DNA of 64,000 bases from Planctomycetota bacterium. Its GTDB lineage: Bacteria > Planctomycetota > Phycisphaerae > SM23-33 > FEN-1343. A model generated the notes under the pieces. It worked only from the letters and a program-made list of their open reading frames with translations, searched no databases and had not been told where the DNA came from. The stretch is from positions 24,217-88,216 of the forward strand of contig JAAYZK010000249.1 in the NCBI GenBank assembly GCA_012514895.1, in the 5' to 3' direction. Numbering within the stretch: position 1 is the stretch's first letter; the number at the start of each line of letters is the position of its first letter. This document shows positions 1 through 9,616 of the stretch, piece after piece. The translations under genes and the position numbers were made by a program.

Positions 1-1
1 C

Positions 2-2215
2 ACGGCCAAGATCGCCGATTTCGGCGTCGCGGCCCAGGCCGGTGCGGCCGACTCGCTGGCGCTGGGCACGACGAAGTACATGGCCCCGGAGGCGTTCTCC
101 AACGCCGTGGTCGACGCCCGCGCGGATATCTACTCGCTGGGGTTCCTCGCCTACGAGATGCTCACCGGGCGGGAGTTCTTCGATCGCGTCTTTGCCGACG
201 TCGTCCGCGACCGTCCCAGCGAGAACGTCCGCTGGATGAAATGGCACGCCGACCTGGACCGGACGGCCCCGCGCCTCGACACGATCAATCCGCGGGTCAG
301 CGCCCCGCTGGCCGACTGCATCGCGCGGATGATGGCCAAGGACCCCGACCGCCGCTACGCGACCATCGACGCGGTCATCGCCGACCTGAAGGCCGTGCGC
401 GACCGTCCCGCCCCGGCGCCCGCGCTGGACCCGGTGCCGGCCGACCTGGACCTGGTCGCCGGCGCCGCCGACGCCCTGGAGGAACTGCCCACCGAAACCG
501 TCCCCCGCCGGCCGCTGCCCGTGCGGGTGAAGGTGCTGGCGGCGACGGCGGTGCTGTCGGTGCTGCTGCTGATCGGCTCGATCCTGGCCGTCTCCCTCAC
601 CACCGGCCACCGCGACCGCCGCCAGGAGGCCGCCGGCGCGCTGGAGGCCGCCATGCGGCTGTACCGCGACGCCGCCGACGACTACCACCGCGCCGGCCAG
701 GTGGACCGGGCCCTGGCGGGCTTCCGCGACGCGCAGGCGAGCCTGCGGAAGTGGGCCGACCGCTACGGCGACCTGCCCGAGGGCACCGTCGGCGCCCGGG
801 CGTGGGAGCGGATGAGCCAGGCCTACGAGGCGATGCTCGTGGGCGACTGGGAGCAGGCCGACACCCACCTGGAAGAGGCGCGGAAGCTGGGGGCGCTCGA
901 CCGCGAGACCGTCGTCGACGCCTTCGCGGTGACGCTGAGCACGCGTCGGACGGCGGTGGGGGACCTGGACGATCTGACCTACGCCGTCGACGCCGAGGAC
1001 TTCGAGCGGGCCGACCTGATCGTCCAGAGGCTCGGGGATCTCCAGGTGCCGCGGGATCAGCAGGACCGCCTGGCGCGGCTCACCGCCGGCATGACGGAGC
1101 GGCGCAAGGCGTACGAGATCCGCCGCTCGCTGGAGGCCGGCGACGCCGCCCTGGCCAACGCGGAGACCGCGGCGGCGGTGGACCGGATCGACCGTCTCAA
1201 CGAGGCCCGCGCACACCTGGACCAGGCGGAGATGCACTACAAGCTGGCGCAGAGTCGCGGCGACACGCCGGAGGTGCGCCAGCGCCTGCTGTCGGTGCGC
1301 CTGGCCCGCGGGTACATCGACGCGCGTGCGAACTACATCGCCGCCGTCGTCGGCGGCGCGCCGCTGGCCGAGCAGGTCAAGGCCCTGCAGGCCGTCGTGG
1401 ACGCCCGTCCGCCGACCGAGGCGCTGCGGGACAGGCTGGCTTCGGCCCAGGCCGAGGAGGCCTGGCAGCGGGCGGCGCCGCTGCTGGAGTCGGATCGCCC
1501 CGGCGACCTGGAGGCCGCCCGCGACGCGCTGGCCGCGTCCGTCGGCTACAAACCTCTGCCCAAGGCCGTCGAGGCCCTGGCCCAGGTCAGCGCGGCCCTG
1601 GAGCACGGCAAGCTGGTGGCCGACGCCCGGGCGGCGATGGACGAGGGCCGGTGGGCCCAGGCGATCGAGTGGCTCCAGCAGGCCCAGACCCTGGAGCAGC
1701 GGGGGGCCGCCGAGTCGATCCGCCGCCTGGCTCCCGTCGCCGACGCGTTGTCCGACGCGCGCGTGGGGCTGCACCTGTCCACCGGCGACCAGGCCCGCCG
1801 CGCCCAGCGGTGGGCGGAGGCCTTGGCCGACTACGAGCGGGCCCGCAAGGTCCGCCCGCAGGATGCGCAGGTGGCCTCGCAGGTCGACCAGCGGGTCGGC
1901 CTGGTGGAGCGGGAGAAGCAGTTCTACGCCTGGGTGGACGAGGGGCGCAGGTGCCTTGAAGCCGAAGACTACCGGCAGGCCGTCACCCTGCTGAACAGGG
2001 CCTACCAGGCCGGCAGCGCCCTGGAGGTCCCGCTGGAGGCCGTCACGGAGGTCCGCCAACTGGCCCGCTACCGCTGGGAGGTCGCCAAGGGCCGGACCGC
2101 CGAGGCCGACGGGAGCTTGCGCGAGGCGCTGGGCTACTACCGCGTCGCCCGGGACCTGATGGATACCGACGAGGTCCGCAAGCTGATCGAAGGCGTGATC
2201 GAGCGAGTCGAATGA
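2..2215 (+). CDS. Hanks-type Ser/Thr protein kinase, 5' end outside the window; kinase C-lobe, one TM helix, ~530-aa Ala/Arg-rich helical (TPR-like) outer region
   Basis: The frame is open from nt 2. Translation reads TAKIADFGVAAQ...GTTKYMAPE (DFG and APE motifs), then ADIYSLGFLAYEMLTG. A hydrophobic helix VKVLAATAVLSVLLLIGSILAVSL follows, then a long helical A/R/E/L-rich tail. The stop TGA at 2213-2215 overlaps the next ATG. Confidence 0.85.
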   Translation, partial: TAKIADFGVAAQAGAADSLALGTTKYMAPEAFSNAVVDARADIYSLGFLAYEMLTGREFFDRVFADVVRDRPSENVRWMKWHADLDRTAPRLDTINPRVSAPLADCIARMMAKDPDRRYATIDAVIADLKAVRDRPAPAPALDPVPADLDLVAGAADALEELPTETVPRRPLPVRVKVLAATAVLSVLLLIGSILAVSLTTGHRDRRQEAAGALEAAMRLYRDAADDYHRAGQVDRALAGFRDAQASLRKWADRYGDLPEGTVGARAWERMSQAYEAMLVGDWEQADTHLEEARKLGALDRETVVDAFAVTLSTRRTAVGDLDDLTYAVDAEDFERADLIVQRLGDLQVPRDQQDRLARLTAGMTERRKAYEIRRSLEAGDAALANAETAAAVDRIDRLNEARAHLDQAEMHYKLAQSRGDTPEVRQRLLSVRLARGYIDARANYIAAVVGGAPLAEQVKALQAVVDARPPTEALRDRLASAQAEEAWQRAAPLLESDRPGDLEAARDALAASVGYKPLPKAVEALAQVSAALEHGKLVADARAAMDEGRWAQAIEWLQQAQTLEQRGAAESIRRLAPVADALSDARVGLHLSTGDQARRAQRWAEALADYERARKVRPQDAQVASQVDQRVGLVEREKQFYAWVDEGRRCLEAEDYRQAVTLLNRAYQAGSALEVPLEAVTEVRQLARYRWEVAKGRTAEADGSLREALGYYRVARDLMDTDEVRKLIEGVIERVE

Positions 2216-4464
2216 CCGAGCTTTCCCCGGCACAGCGGCCCGATCGCACACGGTGCCGCCCGCGACGGCGCGGGCAGGTGCTGGTGGTGACGCTGCTGGC
2301 GATCGTGCTGCTGGCGGGGCTGATCTTTTTCGTGCTGAACGCCGGGGAGCAGGTGAACCGCCGCGTGATCGCCCAGGACGCCGCCGACGCCGCCGTCGTC
2401 AGCGGCGCGACGCACCTGGCGCGGAGCTTCAACAGCATCGCCGCGGGCAACCTGGCCATGAGCCGCATGCTCGCGGCGATCGTGACGCTGGACGACCTGG
2501 AGCGCTTCGCCGAGGCGTCGCACCGCCAGAGCGATGCGTTCCTCGGCCGCATGACCGCCCAGGCGTCCGCGGTCCTGCCGGCCGACCGTCTGCGGCACGC
2601 CACGCGCCGGGCCCTCGACGGCATCCGCGACACGCTCGACGAGGAGCACACGCTGCTGGAGGCGTACCTGCCGGTCATCGGCGAACTGCCCCTGCGCGAC
2701 CAGACCACCTACGACCTGCCGGGCGCCGAGGGCCCGCCGCCCCACGGGGCGTTCTGGCGGGCGGCGCGGGACCTGGACCTGGTCAACCAGGCCACGCTCG
2801 CCGCCGCCGGCGCGCTGGCCCAGACCAGCGCCGCCCGCCACGCCCGCGCCGCCGGTGCCGATGGCGGACTGCTGCTGCCCGTGCTGGCCGACCCGCCGGC
2901 CTGGCGCGCCGACTGGCACGCATGGCACCAGGACCCCGAACGCCGCACCTCGCTGCTGGTGAACGGCTGGCCGCCGGAACTGGACTTCGCCCCCGACGAC
3001 CCCGCCGACGACGAACTGGTGGCCCACCGCGGGGGGTTCTTCGCGCTGCTGGGATGGCGGAGCCCCTGGGGCTACCGCGACATCCACGACCCGTTCTTCC
3101 TCGGCGGCGGCGGCGGTCATGGGTCGCGCCCGGGTCAGCCGGCCAGCACGGCCTGGCACCCGCTGGGCTGGCGGGGCTACGGACCGGTCCAGTGGATGAG
3201 GGGGAGGGTCTACGACTACTGGCTCGACCGCCTGCACTACTCCGTGCCCTACTACTCCGTGCCCTACTACTCCGGGAACCGCCGCGTGCGGCCGCTGCTG
3301 GAGGGGCTGCAGCAGATCAAGCTGGCGTACATGTTCGACCCCGATTTCAGCGGCGGCGACACCGCCCGGCCGCTGAGCCTGCACGACCCGGACTGGCAGA
3401 CCGACTACTGGACCGCCCGCAACCGGGCACGCGGGGACGCGCCCGAACTGACGGCTCATTTCCGCATCGAGATCATGAGCCCTTACGCCCCCGACGACCC
3501 GCGGATCGACGGGATCCTCGACGACCCCTACCACAGCAACGTCCACGACCCGCAGTGGATCGTCCAGTGGGGTTGGAACGACCGCCAGGTCGGCATCGCC
3601 CGCGTCGATCTCGGCGCGCGGGTGACCGTCCATCTCTCGCCCCCCGGCGACCTGGAACTGCCCGAGGGCGTGATCCTGCCCGACCAGGTCACGATCGTCG
3701 TGCGGCTGAACGTGCGGAAGAACTGGCGGAAGATCGCCGAGCACATCTGGCACGTCGAGGTCTCGCCCCAGGAGTGGCAGGCGGAACTGGAACGGCTGAA
3801 CGCCGGCGGCGCACTGTGGGCGCAGGTCCGCGGCCGTCTGGGGCTGGCGGACCTGCCCCCGTTCGACTACACGTACGATGTCCCGGACTTCCCCTGGCGG
3901 ATCCTCCGCGACGTCTTCGCCGGGGCGGATTTCGGCCGGGACGTCGAGGTGCACAACCCGGCGAACTTCACCCTGGCCGACTATCCCGAAGCCCTGCCCG
4001 CGCCGATCCTGCTGGACCTGGACGTCGGCGACTACGACGCCGGCGACGCGGCGGACCCCTGGGACGACGCCGGCCACGACGCGCCGGTGCGCCGGGACCG
4101 CTTCACGTTCCTCGGCGTCGCCCGCCGCGGTTCGCAGGCCGTGGTGTGGCCGAGCCGCTTCCGGACGGGCAATCCCGGCGGGGCGATCACGGCCGTCGCC
4201 CAGGCGGAGCTGTACAACCCCACGAGCTGGGACCTCTGGACGCAGGACTGGCGGGTGCAACTCGTGCCCGTGACCGACATGGCCGCCTGGGCGGACGGCC
4301 TCGACGAGCAGCGCGACGCCTACCGCGACGTCGCCGGCGCCTCCGACGCCGCGGCCCTGCTGGACATGGCCGACGTGGACGCGATCAACGAGTACCTCCA
4401 GGCCCTGACGCGGGACGGCCGCTTGACCGGGCAGGCCCCGATCGACGCCCTGATGGAGCACTGA
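2212..4464 (+). CDS. TadG-like pilus assembly protein (Tad_N-type N-terminus), 750 aa
   Basis: N-terminus RRGQVLVVTLLAIVLLAGLIFFVLNAGEQVNRRVIAQDAADAAVVSGA matches the TadE/G-like N-terminal helix. ATGA overlap with the kinase stop. No vWA motif seen. Strong GC3 in this frame. Confidence 0.6.
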   Translation: MTELSPAQRPDRTRCRPRRRGQVLVVTLLAIVLLAGLIFFVLNAGEQVNRRVIAQDAADAAVVSGATHLARSFNSIAAGNLAMSRMLAAIVTLDDLERFAEASHRQSDAFLGRMTAQASAVLPADRLRHATRRALDGIRDTLDEEHTLLEAYLPVIGELPLRDQTTYDLPGAEGPPPHGAFWRAARDLDLVNQATLAAAGALAQTSAARHARAAGADGGLLLPVLADPPAWRADWHAWHQDPERRTSLLVNGWPPELDFAPDDPADDELVAHRGGFFALLGWRSPWGYRDIHDPFFLGGGGGHGSRPGQPASTAWHPLGWRGYGPVQWMRGRVYDYWLDRLHYSVPYYSVPYYSGNRRVRPLLEGLQQIKLAYMFDPDFSGGDTARPLSLHDPDWQTDYWTARNRARGDAPELTAHFRIEIMSPYAPDDPRIDGILDDPYHSNVHDPQWIVQWGWNDRQVGIARVDLGARVTVHLSPPGDLELPEGVILPDQVTIVVRLNVRKNWRKIAEHIWHVEVSPQEWQAELERLNAGGALWAQVRGRLGLADLPPFDYTYDVPDFPWRILRDVFAGADFGRDVEVHNPANFTLADYPEALPAPILLDLDVGDYDAGDAADPWDDAGHDAPVRRDRFTFLGVARRGSQAVVWPSRFRTGNPGGAITAVAQAELYNPTSWDLWTQDWRVQLVPVTDMAAWADGLDEQRDAYRDVAGASDAAALLDMADVDAINEYLQALTRDGRLTGQAPIDALMEH

Positions 4465-4468
4465 CCCT

Positions 4469-5047
4469 ATGCGCAACCGGGGCACGGCGATGAGCGAGTT
4501 CATCCTGGCACTGCCGCTGCTGATGCTGATCCTGGCGCTGGTGTGGATGGTCGGCTGGGTGCACCTCCGCAAGCAGCGGGTCGCCGTCGCCGCCCGCCAC
4601 GCGGTGCAGATGGACGTGGAGGGCGCCGCCGTGACCGACGCCGATCTTCGCCGCGACGGCCTGGGGCGCGCGGCCCGGTCGATCGACGCCCGCTGGCAGG
4701 GCGGGGACACGGGCGAACTGGGCGACTGGGTCGACGCCGTCGGCCTGGCCGGCCCCTCGCCGGCGGCGCTGGCCGACGAAGCCTTCGCGCAGCGCTGGCC
4801 GGCCGACCGCGGGCTGACGCTGGAGGTGAGGTACGACCCGCCCGTGGCGATCGCCCGCACCTTCGACAACGACATCACCGTTTCGTACCGCCAGGCCGGG
4901 CCGCCGTGGGTGCGCGGGGAAGCGCCGCTGGAACCGATCCTCGTCGGGCGCTACTGCGCCGACTTCGACGCCGCCCTGGCCGGCGCCGGCGGGGACGGCG
5001 CCGACCTGGCCGCCCGCATCCGCGGGCTGATCCAGGGGGAATGGTGA
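4469..5047 (+). CDS. TadE-like pilus assembly protein
   Basis: N-terminus RNRGTAMSEFILALPLLMLILALVWMVGWV fits the TadE family pattern (G-x-x-x-x-E-F-a-l-x-l-P plus hydrophobic helix). Starts 4 nt after the TadG-like stop. Confidence 0.6.
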   Translation: MRNRGTAMSEFILALPLLMLILALVWMVGWVHLRKQRVAVAARHAVQMDVEGAAVTDADLRRDGLGRAARSIDARWQGGDTGELGDWVDAVGLAGPSPAALADEAFAQRWPADRGLTLEVRYDPPVAIARTFDNDITVSYRQAGPPWVRGEAPLEPILVGRYCADFDAALAGAGGDGADLAARIRGLIQGEW

Positions 5048-5109
5048 CCGGGCGCGTTGCTTGAACGGCGGGGCGGATTTCGTGATGATGGGGGGGATTG
5101 GAGAGAACG

Positions 5110-5916
5110 ATGGCCGAAGCCGCGGCGAGCGGGTTCCGCAATACGCGATTGGTGCTGGTGGCGATGGTGCTGGCGGTGGCGTTCGTCGTGCTGCTGAACG
5201 TTCAGCGGTTCGTCGAGGCCCGCCGGCGGCAGCGCGGCCAGGTGGCGGTCGTGCTGGTCAAGGCCGACCTGGCGGCCGGGCAGGTGCTCGACGAGACGAA
5301 CGTCGAGCCCATCGCCGTCCCGCGGGCGGTCGCCGAGCGGGCCCGGGGGCTCTACCCCTACGGCGACCTGGAACTGGGCGTGACGCGCGTCCACCGCACG
5401 GTGGCCCGCAACGACCTGCTCCGTGTGACCGACATGCAGCAGTCCCTGGCCGTCGAGCACGCCCTGGCGCGGCGGATGGGCCCCGGCCGGCGGGCGATCA
5501 GCTTTGAGGTGGACCGCAGCCCCGGCAGCGCACACGTGCGGCCGGGGGCGCGGGTGGACCTGTACGGGGCCGTCCTCATCCCCGGCCAGCAGCCGGCGAC
5601 GCAGTTGATCATCGAGAACCTCGACGTTCTCAGCGTCGACGGGCAGACCGACCCGGACCTGGTCCGCCCCACGTTCCGCTCCATCGAGGTGCACGTGCCG
5701 GCCGCCCTGGTCGCCCAGCTCAAGGAGGTCCAGCGCCGCGTGGACGGCAAGCTGACCGTGGCGGTCCGCGCCCCGGGCGACACGTGGATGGCCTACCCCC
5801 ACGACGCCGCCCACCCCGAGCAGGGCGGCACGATCGCCCAGCCGGTGCTGGAGAGCCTCGCCAGGCAACTGCCGCCCGCCTACCGCGGCGGCGCGCAGGC
5901 CCTGGACGACCGGTAG
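5110..5916 (+). CDS. cpaB: Flp pilus assembly protein CpaB/RcpC-like (SAF domain)
   Basis: TM helix RLVLVAMVLAVAFVVLLNV, then a SAF-like segment VAVVLVKADLAAGQVLDETNVEPIAVP. I prefer ATG 5110 (GGAGAG 4 nt upstream) to the track's TTG 5098. Confidence 0.65.
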   Translation: MAEAAASGFRNTRLVLVAMVLAVAFVVLLNVQRFVEARRRQRGQVAVVLVKADLAAGQVLDETNVEPIAVPRAVAERARGLYPYGDLELGVTRVHRTVARNDLLRVTDMQQSLAVEHALARRMGPGRRAISFEVDRSPGSAHVRPGARVDLYGAVLIPGQQPATQLIIENLDVLSVDGQTDPDLVRPTFRSIEVHVPAALVAQLKEVQRRVDGKLTVAVRAPGDTWMAYPHDAAHPEQGGTIAQPVLESLARQLPPAYRGGAQALDDR

Positions 5917-5936
5917 CCGCAGGAGGACACCCCCGC

Positions 5937-7814
5937 GTGGAGATCTGGGTCTACAACCAGTACACCGACAAGCGCGAGATCGTCCCGGCGCCCGAAGAGG
6001 AAATTCTCATCGGGCGCGACGAGTCGGCCCACGTGCCCCTGCGCAGCCCCTTCATCAGCCGCCGCCACGCCCGGATCTTCCGCGCCGACGGGCGGATGTT
6101 CATCGAGAGCCTCGGGCTGAACGGCATCTCGGTGCGCAACGAGGAGGTCCCGGCCCGCGCCACCGTCCGCCTGGAGTACGGCGACGAAATCCGCGTCGGC
6201 GAGTACAGCCTCTACATGATGGAAGCCGCCGGCCGCGCCGGCCGCGGGCACGCCGCGCGGACCTCGCCCCGCAAGCGCGTCGTGGCCTTCGAGCAGCGCC
6301 TCCACGCGGCCCTGCTGGAGCGCCTCAACGTCCGCGCCGCCGGCGGGCGGATCAGCCGCGACGACGCCGAGTACGTCCGCCAGATCAAGCAGCACCTCGA
6401 CGAGATCATCGCCGCCGGCCTGGACGACGTCGACGACGACATGGCGGCCCTGCTGGTCCGCGACTTCCTCTGGCGGCGCACGCTCATCGAGGTCACCCGC
6501 CGCTGCACGGGGCAGATGATCTACGCGTACGGCTTCGAGGATTCGGACGTCCTGGACAGCGCCCAGGAGGACCGCGTCGGCCGGATCGTCGGCGACCTGA
6601 TCAGCCGCTGCCGCCTGCGCGGCCGCCCCGACGGACTGACCGCCGACGTCGCGGCTGTCGAGGAGCGCCTGGACGAACTGCTGGCCGCCGAGGCCGCACG
6701 CATCGACGACGCCTTGCGCCGCTACATGATCCGCCGCATGCTCCACAAGGAGATCGAGGACGTCGTGCTGGGCTTCGGGCCCCTGCAGGACCTGCTGGAC
6801 ATGCCCAACGTCAACGAGATCATGGTGGTCGGCAAGGACCACATCTACCTGGAGAAGGACGGCGTTGTCCAGGACTCCGGGCGGAGCTTCTTCTCCGACG
6901 AGATCGTCCAGAACATCATCGAGCGGATCATCACCCCCGTCGGCCGCCGCATCGACCGCTCCACGCCGCTGGTCGACGCGCGCCTCCCCGACGGGTCGCG
7001 CGTCAACGCGATCGTCAACCCGCTGAGCCTCTCCGGGCCGGTCCTGACGATCCGCAAGTTCGCGCGGATCCCCTTCACGATCGACGACCTCATCGAGCGG
7101 GACACGCTGACCGAGCGGACGGCGGGGTTCCTCAAGGGCTGCGTCGCGGGGCGGCGGAACATCATCATCAGCGGCGGGACCGGCTCGGGCAAGACGACCA
7201 CGCTGAACGTCCTGGGCGGCTTCATCGCCCGCGGAGAGCGGATCGTCACCATCGACGACTCCGCCGAACTGCAGTTGCCCCACGAGCACCTGGTCCGCCT
7301 GGAGACCCGCCCGGCCAACATCGAGGGGCGCGGGGCGTACACGATCCGCGACCTGGTCCGCAACGCCCTGCGGATGCGTCCCAACCGGCTCATCGTCGGC
7401 GAGTGCCGCGGGGGCGAGGCCCTGGACATGCTCCAGGCGATGAACACCGGCCACGACGGGTCGCTCACCACGATCCACGCCAACACGCCCGCCGACACGA
7501 TGGCCCGCCTGGAGACCATGGTCCTCATGGCCGTCGACATGCCCGTGCGGGCCATCCGCGAGCAGATCCTCGCCGCCATCGACCTGGTCGTCCAGATCGC
7601 CCGCACCGCCGACGGCCGCCGCCGCGTCACGCACATCAGCGAGGTGACCGGCATCGACGCCGACACCGGGCGGATCCTCATCGAGGATATCTTCGTCCTG
7701 CGGCCCGTGCCCGGCCGGCCCGACCGCAACTGCCTGCGCCACACGGGCTACATCCCCCCGTTCGTCGAGCGGATGATCGCCGGCGGGCACCTGGCCCTGG
7801 AGGTCTTCCTGTAG
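5937..7814 (+). CDS. cpaF: CpaF/TadA-family secretion ATPase with an N-terminal FHA domain
   Basis: GTG 5937 is preceded by AGGAGGA. FHA signature ILIGRDESAHVPLRSPFISRRHARIF...LGLNGISVRNEEV...GDEIRVGEYSLYM. Walker A GGTGSGKTTTLN. CpaF box ECRGGEALDMLQAMNTGHDGSLTTIHAN. The upstream part of ORF 5784.. overlaps cpaB and is not needed. Confidence 0.9.
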   Translation: MEIWVYNQYTDKREIVPAPEEEILIGRDESAHVPLRSPFISRRHARIFRADGRMFIESLGLNGISVRNEEVPARATVRLEYGDEIRVGEYSLYMMEAAGRAGRGHAARTSPRKRVVAFEQRLHAALLERLNVRAAGGRISRDDAEYVRQIKQHLDEIIAAGLDDVDDDMAALLVRDFLWRRTLIEVTRRCTGQMIYAYGFEDSDVLDSAQEDRVGRIVGDLISRCRLRGRPDGLTADVAAVEERLDELLAAEAARIDDALRRYMIRRMLHKEIEDVVLGFGPLQDLLDMPNVNEIMVVGKDHIYLEKDGVVQDSGRSFFSDEIVQNIIERIITPVGRRIDRSTPLVDARLPDGSRVNAIVNPLSLSGPVLTIRKFARIPFTIDDLIERDTLTERTAGFLKGCVAGRRNIIISGGTGSGKTTTLNVLGGFIARGERIVTIDDSAELQLPHEHLVRLETRPANIEGRGAYTIRDLVRNALRMRPNRLIVGECRGGEALDMLQAMNTGHDGSLTTIHANTPADTMARLETMVLMAVDMPVRAIREQILAAIDLVVQIARTADGRRRVTHISEVTGIDADTGRILIEDIFVLRPVPGRPDRNCLRHTGYIPPFVERMIAGGHLALEVFL

Positions 7815-7815
7815 C

Positions 7816-8667
7816 ATGGATCCGGCCGCGCTGAACATCCTGGTCAACGTACTGGCCTTCGCCGCGGTCTTCGTCGGCGTGCTGGCCGGCGCCGAGCCGC
7901 TGCGCCGCTGGGTGCTGGGCCAGGAGCGTGTGTACGGGCACATTCTCCGCACGTCGCTGCTGCTGGATGTCCGCCCCCGCTCGGCCACGTGGTTCGGCGC
8001 CGGCTGCGTCGCCGCCGCGGCGGCGGCCGGCTACCTGTTCATGCCCGGCCTGGTCGCGCCGGCCGCCGGCGGGGCCCTGGGGGCCGCGGCGCCGATGATC
8101 ACGCTGCGGGTCCTGCGGGCGCGGCGGCGGGCGAAGCTCGACGAACAGCTCGTGGACGGCATCCAGTCGCTGGCCGGCGGGGTGCGGGCGGGGCTGAACC
8201 TGGTGGGGGCGATGGAGCTGGTCGCGCGGAACCTGCCGGCGCCCATCAGCCAGGAGTTCGGCCACCTGCTGCGCGAGTACGAGTACGGCACGCCCATCGA
8301 GACGGCCATGGCCAACGCCGCCGGGCGGATCGCGCTGCCCAACTACCGCCTGGTGTTCTCCGCCCTGCAGACCCACCGCGAGCGGGGCGGTGACCTCGGC
8401 TCGACCCTCGACCGCATCGCCGAGTCCGTCCGCGAGATCCAGCGGCTGGAGAACCGCATCGAGGCGCTGACCGCCCAGAACCGCGCCGCCGCGCGGTGGA
8501 TGGGGGCCATGCCCGCGGTGATCCTGGCCATCCTGTACCTGATCGACCCGGCCGGGGTCGGCATGCTCTTCACCGACACGGTGGGCAAGATCCTGCTGGT
8601 GGCGATCGTGGCGATGAACGCCGTCGGATTCGCGTGGATCCGGCAGATCGTCTCCATCGACGTGTGA
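7816..8667 (+). CDS. tadB: TadB-like (type II secretion system F family) inner-membrane platform protein
   Basis: Position directly after cpaF. N-terminal TM helix, T2SSF-like core (QLVDGIQSLAGGVRAGLNLVGAMELVARNLPAPISQEF) and C-terminal TM helices. Confidence 0.75.
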   Translation: MDPAALNILVNVLAFAAVFVGVLAGAEPLRRWVLGQERVYGHILRTSLLLDVRPRSATWFGAGCVAAAAAAGYLFMPGLVAPAAGGALGAAAPMITLRVLRARRRAKLDEQLVDGIQSLAGGVRAGLNLVGAMELVARNLPAPISQEFGHLLREYEYGTPIETAMANAAGRIALPNYRLVFSALQTHRERGGDLGSTLDRIAESVREIQRLENRIEALTAQNRAAARWMGAMPAVILAILYLIDPAGVGMLFTDTVGKILLVAIVAMNAVGFAWIRQIVSIDV

Positions 8668-8674
8668 GGCCGCC

Positions 8675-9616
8675 ATGACGACCGCAACCGACATCACGCT
8701 CCTGGCCGCCGCCGACGGGTGGCTGGCGGTCCTGACCAGCCTGGCGGGCTTCGCCACGGTGCTGGTGGGCGTGGTCGCCCTGTTCGGCCACGCCGGCCGG
8801 ACGGCCGTCAGCCCGCAGCGGCGGATCGCCATCGCCACCGGGGCGGCCGACCGAAGGACCGTGTTCGAGTCCCAACTGCTGGGGCCTCTGATGTGGCTGC
8901 TGCTGCACCTGGCCGAGAAACTCTCGCTGGGCGGCTTCAAGCAGCGGCTCCGCGCGACGCTCATCGCCGCCGGCAGCCCCAGCTTCTACACCGCCGAGGA
9001 ATACCTGGCGATCGCCCTGCTGTGGGGGCTGGCGGCGGCGGCCGTGCTGGGGGGCGTCCACCTGCTGGCGCTGGGGTCGTTCAGCCTGCTGGCGGCCGGC
9101 GCGGGGCTGGTCGCGGGCGTGGCGCTGCCCCTGTACGTCCTGCACGACGCCGCCCGGCGGCGGGTGCGGCGGATCGGCCGCCACGTGCCCTACAGCCTCG
9201 ACCTGATCGCCCTGGCCATGGGGGCCGGCAGCACCTTCACCGAGGCGATCCGCACCGTCGTCCGCGAGGCCCCCGACGACCCGCTGAACGTCGAACTGGC
9301 GACCGTCCTGGCCGAGATGGACCTGGGCACGACCCGCCGGGCGGCCCTTGGCAACCTCGCCGAGCGGGTGCCGCTGGAGAGCCTGCGGGGCATCGTCGCG
9401 TCGATCATCCAGGCCGAGGATCTCGGCACGCCGATGGGCGACGTGCTGGCCGGCCAGTCCGAGCTGCTCCGCCGCCACCGCAGCGCGCGGGCCGAGAAGC
9501 TCGCGGCCCTGGCCAGCGTGCGGATCCTGGTGCCCAGCGTGATCATCCTGCTGTCGGTGGTGGTGACGGTCTTCGCGCCGATCATCATCCGCGCGGTGCG
9601 GGGGGAACTGCTCTGA
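8675..9616 (+). CDS. tadC: TadC-like (type II secretion system F family) inner-membrane platform protein
   Basis: Second T2SSF-family paralogue: YSLDLIALAMGAGSTFTEAIRTVVRE...LAEMDLGTTRRAALGNLAERVP. Its stop overlaps the next start (TGATG). Confidence 0.75.
   Translation: MTTATDITLLAAADGWLAVLTSLAGFATVLVGVVALFGHAGRTAVSPQRRIAIATGAADRRTVFESQLLGPLMWLLLHLAEKLSLGGFKQRLRATLIAAGSPSFYTAEEYLAIALLWGLAAAAVLGGVHLLALGSFSLLAAGAGLVAGVALPLYVLHDAARRRVRRIGRHVPYSLDLIALAMGAGSTFTEAIRTVVREAPDDPLNVELATVLAEMDLGTTRRAALGNLAERVPLESLRGIVASIIQAEDLGTPMGDVLAGQSELLRRHRSARAEKLAALASVRILVPSVIILLSVVVTVFAPIIIRAVRGELL

Noticed and set aside
241-1959. 572-aa and 222-aa + strand ORFs in shifted frames within the kinase gene
   Set aside because: The translations are almost pure R/G/P/A strings. 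The kinase frame carries the DFG/APE motifs and proper GC3 bias.
2137-4878. 913-aa ORF on the minus strand covering the TadG-like and TadE-like genes
   Set aside because: It is antisense to a gene with a recognisable Tad N-terminus. The translation is Arg/Gly/Ala/Pro/Val low-complexity with no motifs, the typical high-GC stop-codon-poor artefact.
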